NCBI GenBank assembly: GCA_029240105.1 | Contig: JARBTR010000004.1 | Location: 78,620-142,619, forward strand | Source of the DNA: Bacillales bacterium | Lineage (GTDB): Bacteria; Bacillota; Bacilli; JARBTR01 | DNA length: 64,000 nt | Direction of reading: 5' to 3' | Part shown: piece after piece, positions 50,019 to 59,816 of the stretch | Numbering within the stretch: position 1 is the first letter of the stretch | Layout: the number at the start of each line of letters is the position of its first letter | Notes under the pieces: model-generated | The model's input: the letters and a program-made list of their open reading frames with translations, nothing else | The model's database searches: none | Told to the model about the DNA's origin: nothing | Made by a program: the position numbers and the translations under genes

Positions 50019-51002
50019 ATGGAACGAGAATTAGCCTTAGAGGTTGTACGTGTTACTGAAGCTGCTGCTATTGCAGCCTCTCAATGGATTGGTCGCGGAT
50101 TAAAAAACGAGGCAGATGATGCGGCTACAACCGCAATGAGAAAAATGTTTGATTCAATTTCTATGTCTGGAACAGTTGTAATTGGAGAAGGTGAATTAGA
50201 CGAAGCTCCTATGTTATATATTGGTGAAGAATTAGGCACCGGTCAAGGTCCAAAGGTTGACATTGCTGTTGATCCACTTGAAGGTACAAACATTGTAGCA
50301 AAAGGACATAACAATGCCATTGCTGTACTTGCAATCGGGGATGAAGGCACATTATTACATGCGCCTGATATGTACATGGAAAAGTTGGTAGTAGGCCCAA
50401 AAGCAGCTGGTAAAGTTTCACTAGATGATCCAATAGAAAAAATTATCGATATCGTTGCTGAAGCAAATAAAAAGCGTATCGCCGATGTAATTGTAAGTAT
50501 TCAGGAACGACCACGTCATGATGACATCGTTCGACGTGTTCGTGAAAAGGGTGCTCGTGTACACTTTTTTACAGATGGTGATGTAGGCTCTAGTATTGCA
50601 GCTTGTCTACCAAAGACTGGCATTGATATTTTTACCGGTATTGGTGGAGCACCAGAAGGTGTTATTTCTGCAGCAGCTATTAAATGCTTAGGTGGAGATA
50701 TGCAAGCTCGATTGGTTCCAATGAATCCTGAGGAAGAAGAAAGATGCATCGCAATGGGACTTGAAAACCCACGTCAACTATTGCATTTAAACGATCTTGT
50801 ACGCGGCGATGACGCCATTTTTGCTGCAACTGGGGTTACTAGCGGTGATATGCTAAATGGAGTTCTATTCTTAGGAGATGATCTAGTAGAAACGGATTCC
50901 ATTGTTATGCGTTGTAAAACAAAAACAGTTCGCAGAATCAAAGCGGAACACAGAATGGATTACAAACCTGACTTCTACAAAATGAATACAATTGATTCCT
51001 AA
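50019..51002 (+). CDS. glpX: class II fructose-1,6-bisphosphatase
   Basis: MERELALEVVRVTEAAAIAAS..., DPLEGT and GGAPEGV motifs. Confidence 0.9.
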   Translation: MERELALEVVRVTEAAAIAASQWIGRGLKNEADDAATTAMRKMFDSISMSGTVVIGEGELDEAPMLYIGEELGTGQGPKVDIAVDPLEGTNIVAKGHNNAIAVLAIGDEGTLLHAPDMYMEKLVVGPKAAGKVSLDDPIEKIIDIVAEANKKRIADVIVSIQERPRHDDIVRRVREKGARVHFFTDGDVGSSIAACLPKTGIDIFTGIGGAPEGVISAAAIKCLGGDMQARLVPMNPEEEERCIAMGLENPRQLLHLNDLVRGDDAIFAATGVTSGDMLNGVLFLGDDLVETDSIVMRCKTKTVRRIKAEHRMDYKPDFYKMNTIDS

Positions 51003-51180
51003 AAATTGATTTTTAACACTGATTTTGAATTGAGATACATTGTAATTTCGACTTATAATACTGAAATTTACACATTGAAAACAGTTTATATGGTTCGAAT
51101 GTAAAACAATTCTGAACATTATAGCAATCCTGTTATGCGACATCTTTATAAGCTTTTTTGCATGAATAATGAGGTGGAAT

Positions 51181-51450
51181 ATGAAAGAATTCGAACTACT
51201 TTATGACGATATCTCCGAAACAAAAACACGATTCATTAGTTTTGTAGGTGAATACGGTCGCTATGATCTTTGCCTTCTGTATAGTAATCGTTTTTATGGA
51301 AAGGTTATCGTGTTAAATATGCTGAGCAATAAGTTTGTAATAATAGGTGAAGATGATTTATTTGAAGAAAGTTTTCTAGAAACATCTTTTCAGATCGATA
51401 CTAATGAGGCAGTGGAATTAAGAATTTTTTTAAAGGAACTAATTAAATAA
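51181..51450 (+). CDS. hypothetical protein
   Basis: 89 aa from the ATG after GAGGTGG. No family recognised. Confidence 0.35.
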   Translation: MKEFELLYDDISETKTRFISFVGEYGRYDLCLLYSNRFYGKVIVLNMLSNKFVIIGEDDLFEESFLETSFQIDTNEAVELRIFLKELIK

Positions 51451-51643
51451 TATTAAAAAGCAGAGAAAATGGAATATTGATCCCTTTAGTTACAAATTTA
51501 ACTTTTTGGAAGCAATATACCATTTTACTCTGCTTTATTATTTCGTTTAATTATTTGATTTCATTTATTAAGGATCCAAATGTGCAATTAAGAAAGGTTG
51601 TCTGAATTTCGAGTCTACTTCAAGTTATTCTAAATTACAGTAC

Positions 51644-51919
51644 TTATTTACCCACACGTTTTAGAATAAAGTATGGACAGCCAAAATTACAGTATTCCAA
51701 AATATATTCGCGAATTGTACTCGCTTTATTCTCATAGGTAGAACGTGAATCCTTATCATCAAAAAAACCTTTTAGACGAAGTTTATCATATCCCCAATCG
51801 CCAACTATGTAATCATAACGATTTAACACATCATTCCAACGCTCTTGAATGGCTTCCTCGCGATAAGCATCTTTTCTTTCTTCTACAAGTTCAAATTTAA
51901 TTCCATCCAATTCAATCAT
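51644..51919 (-). CDS. yutD: DUF1027 protein (YutD-like)
   Basis: RYDYIVGDWGYDKLRLKGFF block typical of YutD. Confidence 0.7.
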   Translation of the reverse strand: MIELDGIKFELVEERKDAYREEAIQERWNDVLNRYDYIVGDWGYDKLRLKGFFDDKDSRSTYENKASTIREYILEYCNFGCPYFILKRVGK

Positions 51920-52155
51920 AAGTTCACCATTATTCCTTGTTTATGGGTGTCCATTTTTTAATTTCTTATATAGAGCCATTATATCACAAGAAAGAAAACA
52001 AAATTCACCTTACATTTCCATTTTTGAAATCAGACTTTTTTCACAAACTATAGTAAGTATCTTTCTGAAAAATCTTAAACAATTATTCAGATACGACAAA
52101 ATTCCTTATTTACTGTACTTCATATCTGAAAAATCTAAGAATTAGGTGTTGTAAA

Positions 52156-53205
52156 ATGAATTCAAATCGAAATTTACTTTTTAAAATGATAAAACCCTTA
52201 TACTACTTGCTGGTTAAAAACTATGCATGGAAAACACCCATCTATTATTTAGCATTCTTCTTTCTATTTATATTTTTGATTTGTCCACAGCCTTTTGTCT
52301 ATGGCGCCGAGAATGGTGCGGTGAAAAATCGGGAAAATAATTTTCATGAAATAGAGGCACAAACCGGAATACCGTGGGCATATGTTGCGGGTATTGATCA
52401 GTATGAACGTAATTTGCGATTTTCAAGGAAAGATTTGCCTCCAGTAAAGGATGCTGGGATTTCCATTAACTTTTCCGATATAGTATGGTGTGGTATCGGA
52501 AATCCGAATTTGCATGATGAAGATTTACGTACGATTCAATACTTTGGAGGAATCGGAAAAGACGGTGATGGTGATGGAAAAGCATCGAGAGATTCAGACA
52601 AGGATTTACTTCTTACGATGGTTGATTTATTAGATGACTTTGGATTTGATAAAGAACATTTCAAAATCGCGCTTTGGAATTACTATCACCGGGATGCTGC
52701 TGTCAGCATCATAATGAATAACGCTGAACTATTCAATAAATACGGAACGATTGATTTGCAAAAAAAGGTTTTCCCTATTCCTAGACATGCTAACTATTCT
52801 TACAAGGATACTTGGGGAATGTCCCGCGGATGGGGCGGCCGACGCACACATGAAGGCACCGATATTTTTGCTAACTACGGTGTCCCAGTGCGCTCAACTT
52901 GTTACGGCACTGTCGAACTTAAGGGATGGAATAAATTCGGTGGCTGGCGAGTTGGCATCCGAGATATCAATAATACGTATCATTACTATGCACACCTAAG
53001 TTCATTTGCAAAAGATTTGGCTGTAGGCCAACTCGTCGAACCTGGGCAGGTAATAGGCGGCGTCGGCTCTTCGGGCTACGGCCCGAAGGGAACTTCAGGG
53101 AAGTTCCCGCCCCATCTTCATTATGGCTTATATAAAGAAAACGGACGCTCCGAATGGGCTTTTAACCCTTACCCCTTCTTAACTAAGTGGGAAAAAAATA
53201 AATAG
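52156..53205 (+). CDS. M23-family (LytM/LytH-like) peptidoglycan endopeptidase
   Basis: HEGTDI and PHLHYGLY zinc-ligand motifs. N-terminal TM/signal segment. Confidence 0.8.
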   Translation: MNSNRNLLFKMIKPLYYLLVKNYAWKTPIYYLAFFFLFIFLICPQPFVYGAENGAVKNRENNFHEIEAQTGIPWAYVAGIDQYERNLRFSRKDLPPVKDAGISINFSDIVWCGIGNPNLHDEDLRTIQYFGGIGKDGDGDGKASRDSDKDLLLTMVDLLDDFGFDKEHFKIALWNYYHRDAAVSIIMNNAELFNKYGTIDLQKKVFPIPRHANYSYKDTWGMSRGWGGRRTHEGTDIFANYGVPVRSTCYGTVELKGWNKFGGWRVGIRDINNTYHYYAHLSSFAKDLAVGQLVEPGQVIGGVGSSGYGPKGTSGKFPPHLHYGLYKENGRSEWAFNPYPFLTKWEKNK

Positions 53206-53264
53206 CTAAATAAACAAAATTGCAGTTGTTCATGATACTGAACAACTGCAATTTTAATTACAAT

Positions 53265-53543
53265 TTATTTTATTAGTACATCTTGGTATTCTTTATGTCT
53301 TGCAAACCAATCAATGACATAAGAACAAGTTGCAATTGCTTTATTCCCCTGCTTTTTGATTTCATGGTATGCAATTTCAACGAGTTGAGAAGCAATTCCC
53401 TGACCTCTTAATGAAGAATCTACAAATGTATGATTGAGATTCACCACACCTTTGCGAACTTCAGGAAAAGTAATCTCAGCTATAACGTTACCATTATCAT
53501 TGGATGCAAAAATTCTATTTTGTTCGAAATGATATTTCAGCAT
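53265..53543 (-). CDS. small GNAT-like N-acetyltransferase (YjdJ-type)
   Basis: LRGQGIASQLV acetyl-CoA-binding motif. Start at MLKYHF (ATG 53543). Confidence 0.65.
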   Translation of the reverse strand: MLKYHFEQNRIFASNDNGNVIAEITFPEVRKGVVNLNHTFVDSSLRGQGIASQLVEIAYHEIKKQGNKAIATCSYVIDWFARHKEYQDVLIK

Positions 53544-53601
53544 TTTATCACCCACTTTTAATTTCTGTTACTACATTTCCCATTTTGATAAAAAAGTATG
53601 A

Positions 53602-54513
53602 TTAAGAATTAAGGTTTGCTTTGCTTATAAACTTACGTTCATACCACTTTGTCTTTGAAGCTGTAAAAACGGCCAACGATGCCCATATAAATGAGAATGC
53701 AAAGAATTGAATAAGTTCAAACTTCTCATGATATGCAAGAACTCCTAGCAGGAGCATGCCAGTTGGTGCTATGTACTGTAAAAACCCAACAGTTGAAAGT
53801 GGAATTCGAATTGCTCCTTTTCCAAAATAAAATAATGGTATAGCTGTAACAGCCCCGGATAAAAGCAGCATAGTTGTATCAAAAATATTCTTTCCAAAAC
53901 CTACATTTGTGCTGAAAAACAGTAAGTATATAAGAACAAATGGTGTAACTACAAAAGTTTCTAATGCCAATGAAACAGCAGTATCTATAACAATCATTTT
54001 TTTTACTAATCCATAAAAAGCAAAACTAAAAGCTAAAGCAAATGCAACATAAGGGAGTTTTCCAAAGTTAATTGTCATGATTAACACACCAATTAGTGCC
54101 AATAAAAAGGATATAATTTGTGGCTTTGATAATTTTTCCTTAAGGATTACAACTCCTAACAAAACAGATACCAATGGATTAATATAATATCCTAAACTTG
54201 TCTCTACTAAATGCCCATGATTCACAGCCCATATGTAGATTCCCCAATTCCCTGAAACCAAAAACGCTGCTGTAACTAATAAAAAAAATTGCTTAGGTTT
54301 TGCCCATAGTTCTTTTGTTTGCTTAAAAAACAAGCCCATATTCCCTGTAAAACGCAATAGCAGAAACATAAATACAAATGCCCAAACAACTCTATGCGCT
54401 AGAATTTGTTCTGAAGGAATATTCTTTATTGAATGCCAATAAATCGGTAAAATTCCCCAAATCAAATATGCAACTGTTACATATACAATCCCATTTTTCT
54501 CCTCTGATTTCAA
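53602..54513 (-). CDS. rarD: EamA/RarD-family transporter
   Basis: Ten TM segments and VAYLIWGILPIYW. Start probably the TTG at 54513, 7 nt after GGGGGTG. Confidence 0.7.
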   Translation of the reverse strand: MKSEEKNGIVYVTVAYLIWGILPIYWHSIKNIPSEQILAHRVVWAFVFMFLLLRFTGNMGLFFKQTKELWAKPKQFFLLVTAAFLVSGNWGIYIWAVNHGHLVETSLGYYINPLVSVLLGVVILKEKLSKPQIISFLLALIGVLIMTINFGKLPYVAFALAFSFAFYGLVKKMIVIDTAVSLALETFVVTPFVLIYLLFFSTNVGFGKNIFDTTMLLLSGAVTAIPLFYFGKGAIRIPLSTVGFLQYIAPTGMLLLGVLAYHEKFELIQFFAFSFIWASLAVFTASKTKWYERKFISKANLNS

Positions 54514-54780
54514 AAAGAACACCCCCACTTTTAATAAATAAACTGAAAATTTAAAAATCTTGTATAATCTTAGCACAAAATATAGATGATAAAATAAAAT
54601 ATTTTTTTATTTCACTATCAGAACAAAAATTTAAAGCTTAGAAAAAATTCCTTTCTAATTTACTTAAAAATTAGACTAAACTAAAGAAAGAGACTGGTCA
54701 ATTAAGACCAATCTCTTGTAGCCATAAATATTAAATTTTAAACTGCTTAGTTAGTTTATTCATGAACTGAATAACTGAAA

Positions 54781-54975
54781 TTAACGAGAAAAGCTGCTTT
54801 CTGCAATTTGGACTAAACGTTTAGTGATTTCACCACCAACTGATCCATTTTGACGAGAAGTAGTGTCTGCTCCTAATGTTACACCAAATTCAGTAGCGAT
54901 TTCGTACTTCATTTGATCAAGAGCTTTTTGTACTCCAGGAACTAATAATGTGTTGCTGTTACTTGAGTTTGCCAT
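54781..54975 (-). CDS. sspA: alpha/beta-type small acid-soluble spore protein
   Basis: [22 protein letters not shown]...[12 protein letters not shown] is the canonical SASP sequence. Adjacent to thiI as in B. subtilis. Confidence 0.9.
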   Translation of the reverse strand: MANSSNSNTLLVPGVQKALDQMKYEIATEFGVTLGADTTSRQNGSVGGEITKRLVQIAESSFSR

Positions 54976-54999
54976 GTGTTTCTCACCTCCTTATGACTT

Positions 55000-55029
55000 T
55001 AGATTGCGTCACTTTGAAGGTCTATATGC
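55000..55029 (-). promoter_or_regulatory. candidate sigma-G-type forespore promoter of the SASP gene
   Basis: Minus strand reads GCATA (55029-55025), 18 nt, CAATCTA (55006-55000). This fits the recalled consensus GCATR-N17/18-CAHWHTA. Confidence 0.4.
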
Positions 55030-55142
55030 AATACATTCGTAGGAAGTTTAAGGAAATCCGCTTTCCTTTTTCCTATACAAGTTTTAAATCTATTTATAAG
55101 TTTATAACAATCATTACTCATTAAATTTTTATTCTTGTAGTG

Positions 55143-56354
55143 TTAGAACAACTCGTCAATCACGGTTTTTTCTTTCTTTTTACGATCCGTGAAAATAACC
55201 TTTTCTATATTTTCAATAGCCTCATCGATTAATGGGTTGAAATCAACAAAGCTTTCGAAGTGGTTTACTTTTTCACGAATTGGTTTTGTTTTAGGATTTG
55301 CAGGTTTAAAAATTGTACAACAATCCTCAAATGGACGAATTGAAATTTCATACGTATCGATTTCACGTGCAAGATCCATAATTTCAGATTTATCATGGGA
55401 GATTAAAGGACGTAATATAGGCGTATTCGTTACTTCATTGATCGTAAACATACTTTCAATTGTTTGACTTGCTACTTGTCCAAGATTCTCTCCAGTAACT
55501 ATGGCCATAGCTTCTCGTTTGATACGTAAACGTTCAACTATTTTTATCATGACCCGACGCATAACTGTAATCGTGTAGTTCGCTGGGATTTTTTCATGAA
55601 TTGTTTTTTGAATTTCAGTAAAAGGTACCACATGAAGCACCATTTTGCCATTTATATGACTCAGTTTTTCAGCCAAATCAATAACTTTTTGTTTTGCTTT
55701 ATCTGATGTAAATGGAGGACTCTCGAAATGAACCGATTCAATTTCTACTCCGCGTTTCATCATCAAATATCCAGCAACAGGACTATCAATGCCACCTGAA
55801 AGCATTAACATAGCACGGCCACTTGTACCAACTGGCAATCCACCAACAGCCTTAAAGGTTTCTCCAGAAATAAATACCGCTTCCGGTTTTATTTCTACTT
55901 TTAAAACTAAATCAGGATTATGGACATCAACAGTTATTGGCTGTGCATTTATCAAAATATGTGCACCAATTTCACGTGAAGTTTCTTCCGAACCAATTGG
56001 GAAACTTTTATCAGCACGTTTCGTTTCAACTTTAAATTTTTGGGGTTTCGTTTCTAATTGATTGATGTATTCAAGAGAAATATCTTTTATTGATTGCAGA
56101 TCTTTTTTTGCTTTAAAAGCTGGAGTCACTGAATGAATTCCAAATACTTTACGAATCCGTTCGATAACTTTTGTATGGTTTTCACCATTTAACGTGAGCA
56201 TCATACGTTCATGACGTGCTTCAATTTTTACATTTGGAAAATCAGCTAAAGCACCTTTTACGTTTCTTCGAAGCTGTTCAATAAATGTATTTCTGTTTCT
56301 TTGTTTTAGTGTTATTTCACCATATCTAACGATAATGTGGTTGTATTCAATCAT
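55143..56354 (-). CDS. thiI: tRNA 4-thiouridine synthase / thiamine sulfur-transfer protein
   Basis: MIEYNHIIVRYGEITLK start (agagg SD), THUMP domain and PP-loop SGGIDSPVA. Confidence 0.9.
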   Translation of the reverse strand: MIEYNHIIVRYGEITLKQRNRNTFIEQLRRNVKGALADFPNVKIEARHERMMLTLNGENHTKVIERIRKVFGIHSVTPAFKAKKDLQSIKDISLEYINQLETKPQKFKVETKRADKSFPIGSEETSREIGAHILINAQPITVDVHNPDLVLKVEIKPEAVFISGETFKAVGGLPVGTSGRAMLMLSGGIDSPVAGYLMMKRGVEIESVHFESPPFTSDKAKQKVIDLAEKLSHINGKMVLHVVPFTEIQKTIHEKIPANYTITVMRRVMIKIVERLRIKREAMAIVTGENLGQVASQTIESMFTINEVTNTPILRPLISHDKSEIMDLAREIDTYEISIRPFEDCCTIFKPANPKTKPIREKVNHFESFVDFNPLIDEAIENIEKVIFTDRKKKEKTVIDELF

Positions 56355-56415
56355 ATATACCTCTTTTTGGGGCCAACATATTCTGCGGCTACTTATTATA
56401 AAATTTGGGGCAAAT

Positions 56416-56687
56416 AGCACCTATTATCGGGCTTCGCCTCCTTGACCCTCGAACTACTTTCTGAAAACACCTTGCGGGTTACTCGCTCTGCTCGTAGCCT
56501 ACCGCTACGGTTTTTCAGACAAGTATCTTCGGGTCATAGCAGTCGGCTCAGCACCTATTATCGGGCTCTCCAGACCAACCACTTTAAACTTCCCGAAACC
56601 TCTTGCAGGTTTGACTTCGTCAAGCCTACTGCTTGCGAGTTTTCGGTCCAGTTTTGTCGTGGTTGAACGGTCTGTCGAGCACCTATT
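56416..56687. repeat. two tandem diverged units (134 and 128 nt) of a GC-rich hairpin element in the nifZ-thiI spacer
   Basis: The 18-mer agcacctattatcgggct occurs at 56416 and 56550, and agcacctatt again at 56678. Both units share nested hairpins. Unit A is 52% GC by hand count. Confidence 0.8.
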
Positions 56688-57834
56688 TCTTTAATTCACT
56701 TAATTTTTCTATACTCTCTCGTATGACTTCTAATGCTGTTTCTATTTCTTCTTGGGTTGTTTCAAAACTAAGGCTTAATCGTACAGAACTACCTGCTACT
56801 TTATCGCCTTTCCCGAGCTCAGAAACGACTTTAGAAAGCGCTCTAGTTTTTGATGAACATGCACTCGTTGTTGAAACGTAAATCTGCTTCTCTTCCAAAG
56901 TACGAGCAAAAACTTCGTTATTCAACTCAGGTATTGAAAAATTCACGATATGAGGCGCACAACCTGCAAGTGGAGAATTCATTACTATTCCATTTATTTC
57001 TGAAAGCTCTCTATATAAGAAAGAGTGCATTTCCTTCATTTTACTTAGATATTTATTATACTTTTCCATAGAGACACGCATTGCTTTTGCTACAGAAACC
57101 GCTCCAGCAACATTCACTGTGCCACTTCGAATTCTCCGTTCTTGATTTCCACCGGCCAGTAAGGATGCCACTTGTATCGCATCACGGACGTACAATAATC
57201 CAGTCCCTTTTAATCCATAAAATTTGTGTGCGGATAGAGAATACAAATCAACTTTTGACTTCACCAAATCAAGAGGAACTTTTCCAAATCCTTGGATACC
57301 ATCCACATGAAAAAAGCATTTTGGATATTTATTGATTATTGCACCGATCTCTTCGATGGGCTGTATAGTGCCAATTTCGTTATTCACATGCATAACAGAT
57401 ACTAAAATTGTTTCCTCCGTCATTGCATTTTTTAAATCATCTACCGAAATTCTTCCATCAAGATCTACTGGTAAGTACGTTACTCGAAATCCGTTTTCTG
57501 CTAATTGCTCAAAGGGTTCACGCACAGAAGGATGTTCGATTTTACTTGTAATGATATGATTCCCTCGATTTGCATACTGTATCGCAATTCCTTTTATAGC
57601 TATGTTGTTACTTTCAGTACCACCTGATGTAAAAATGATTTCAGAAGTATTTACACCTAGAATACTTGCGGCTTGAGAACGGGCACGTTCAACAAGTTGG
57701 CCAGCCTCTCCACCAAATTGGTGCATTGAAGAGGGATTCGCCCAGAAATCGGTACTTATTTTGGTATAAGATTCTAATACAGATCGATCAGGTTTTGTCG
57801 TTGCACTATTATCTAAATAGATCACTTTATTCAC
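56683..57834 (-). CDS. nifZ: cysteine desulfurase (NifZ/IscS-type, partner of ThiI)
   Basis: Class V aminotransferase fold: SAHKFYGLKG PLP-lysine region and SSACSS active-site Cys loop. Confidence 0.9.
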   Translation of the reverse strand: MNKVIYLDNSATTKPDRSVLESYTKISTDFWANPSSMHQFGGEAGQLVERARSQAASILGVNTSEIIFTSGGTESNNIAIKGIAIQYANRGNHIITSKIEHPSVREPFEQLAENGFRVTYLPVDLDGRISVDDLKNAMTEETILVSVMHVNNEIGTIQPIEEIGAIINKYPKCFFHVDGIQGFGKVPLDLVKSKVDLYSLSAHKFYGLKGTGLLYVRDAIQVASLLAGGNQERRIRSGTVNVAGAVSVAKAMRVSMEKYNKYLSKMKEMHSFLYRELSEINGIVMNSPLAGCAPHIVNFSIPELNNEVFARTLEEKQIYVSTTSACSSKTRALSKVVSELGKGDKVAGSSVRLSLSFETTQEEIETALEVIRESIEKLSELKK

Positions 57835-57970
57835 CTCTAAATTTCATACATCATTTCATCCAAATATCAGGAAGAAACATTACGGTATTCCATAACAATA
57901 CAAAGACATTTTTATGCGAAAGTATTTTATCAAAAAAACAGCCCTTATGGGCTGATTTTTAAATACTCAT

Positions 57971-59677
57971 TTATTTTGAGTGAACTAGCATTTCATCTTC
58001 CGATTCCAACATCTGTAGTTCAAAATGCGGCTTTACCTTCTCTATTGCAGAAGACGCAATTTCTCTAGCCTCACTGTATTGGAAGTTGCGAAATTTTTGT
58101 TCAGCTTCATGTAGTGCTTCAGCTAATTGAGGGTATTGTTTTCGATATCGATTTCCATATTGAATTAACCTTTCAGCCAATTCCATATCTTCAATCAATT
58201 TATTTGTATAATTCCATAGCGCTTCTGTTTTTTTAGTAGCCTCTTCAAGAGCAAAATTAATATTTGGTATATCTAATTTACTTTCTTTCATTTTCTCTTC
58301 TACGATAATCACGGCATCTCTTGCTTCATTTCGTAATACATCAAAAATAGCTGGGATACCTGGTAAATTAGACGTTTTTATTTTTGTGTAGATTTCAAAG
58401 AAAGTTGATTTCATCTCACTGATTTTTTGTTGGGCTTTCATTTCATCCTTACGGAGGCTATTCAATTTAGATATAAAAACCTTAAATCCATCTGAGATAT
58501 TTTGTAATTCAATTTCTATTTCTTCAACTTGTGTTTTTAGCTCAGAATATGGATCCTGTTTCTTCTTTATTTGTTCTAAAACAAAATTCCACTTTTCACG
58601 CTGAGCTTTCATTCTATTTTGTAGTGTTTCACAAACTTCTATATCTTCTGCAGATATTTGGTAGTTTAACGAAACTTTTTCAGTTTCATCACGAAGATAC
58701 TTTACTTGACTTGCTACTTCACGTACGAAATCTTCAACTTCTTCTTGTTTATTTTGAATAAATTTTTGCGATTCATCCTCTAATGACAATGTATCACACA
58801 TTTCAGTCAAACGATTGTTCATTTCAACGGTTGACTCTAAAACTTCAAAAGCTTTCGCTTCATCAAGCAGTTCAAGATTTTTCTTTAATTCTTTTTCCAT
58901 CTTGTCAAATTCTTCTGAATAAGTAAGATGTTCTAATGGTAGCCCCATCTTTTTCATATCTAAAAATGCTTGCTTTGTCATTTCAATAAATTTCGGTAAT
59001 TTCTTACGACAATCGTTAGTTAATTCTGGAATCAATTGAGATTTTTCAACCAAGCGATTATATTTTACTTGAATCTTTTCTAGTTTTTCTTTTGCATTAT
59101 AATAATTTCCATTTGCTGCTTCATGTTCAACATCCAGAAAATCATCTGCTACACCAGCAATTTCTTTTTCAAGGTGAGCTAAACTTTTACCATAAACATG
59201 ATTATGAATAATTAGTTGACGCTTTAGTTCCTTGAATTGTTCTTTTAAGTCATTTAATAGTAGATCATTCTTAATTGCTGTTTCACCAAGGTCTCGAATT
59301 TCATCTATCATCTCGACTATGTTTTTTTCAAATTGATCTAATTTTTCAGCAATAATTTTACAAACTTCTACTGATTTCTTGAAACGATACTTTTCTGTAG
59401 CCTCTTCTGCTTCAAACAACAAGTTTTCGATTGAAGGAAATTCTTCTTTTCGAAACATTTCCCATTTTTCACGCCATGTTGTAATTTTTTGTTCAGTATC
59501 GCCAGAATTATTTAGATTTTTTAAGTTGTGAATTTCCACTAAAACAGGCATATTCATTAAATCAATTTTTTTACTCTCTAATTTATCAATGTCTTTATAA
59601 TGTCTTTTTCGAATCGCTGTTATATAAATAAAACCAATTAAGGCAATTAAAACAACTGCTCCAATTGCATACGGCAT
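57971..59677 (-). CDS. ezrA: septation ring formation regulator EzrA
   Basis: Single N-terminal TM (MPYAIGAVVLIALIGFIYI) followed by long coiled coils. Start at ATG 59677 after GGAGG. Confidence 0.85.
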   Translation of the reverse strand: MPYAIGAVVLIALIGFIYITAIRKRHYKDIDKLESKKIDLMNMPVLVEIHNLKNLNNSGDTEQKITTWREKWEMFRKEEFPSIENLLFEAEEATEKYRFKKSVEVCKIIAEKLDQFEKNIVEMIDEIRDLGETAIKNDLLLNDLKEQFKELKRQLIIHNHVYGKSLAHLEKEIAGVADDFLDVEHEAANGNYYNAKEKLEKIQVKYNRLVEKSQLIPELTNDCRKKLPKFIEMTKQAFLDMKKMGLPLEHLTYSEEFDKMEKELKKNLELLDEAKAFEVLESTVEMNNRLTEMCDTLSLEDESQKFIQNKQEEVEDFVREVASQVKYLRDETEKVSLNYQISAEDIEVCETLQNRMKAQREKWNFVLEQIKKKQDPYSELKTQVEEIEIELQNISDGFKVFISKLNSLRKDEMKAQQKISEMKSTFFEIYTKIKTSNLPGIPAIFDVLRNEARDAVIIVEEKMKESKLDIPNINFALEEATKKTEALWNYTNKLIEDMELAERLIQYGNRYRKQYPQLAEALHEAEQKFRNFQYSEAREIASSAIEKVKPHFELQMLESEDEMLVHSK

Positions 59678-59816
59678 ATTTTTTCCTCCAAAATAAAACA
59701 ATTTTCGCATAACTTTTTTTCGAGTTAATATTTATGTACAATAGTATTATTCTAACACGAGACCAAATCGTATGGGGAATATTTTTGAAAGATTTTTGTA
59801 AAGAGGGGGATTGGGA

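Noticed and set aside
56442-56666. 74-aa + strand ORF across the nifZ-thiI spacer.
   Set aside because: It starts at a non-ATG codon without an SD, and its internally repetitive sequence simply mirrors the two tandem DNA units. It lies antisense to an operon spacer and resembles no protein family.
56416-56687. Possible CRISPR array or other short-repeat array.
   Set aside because: There are only about 2 units, the period of about 130 nt has homologous rather than unique interiors, and no cas genes are in the window.
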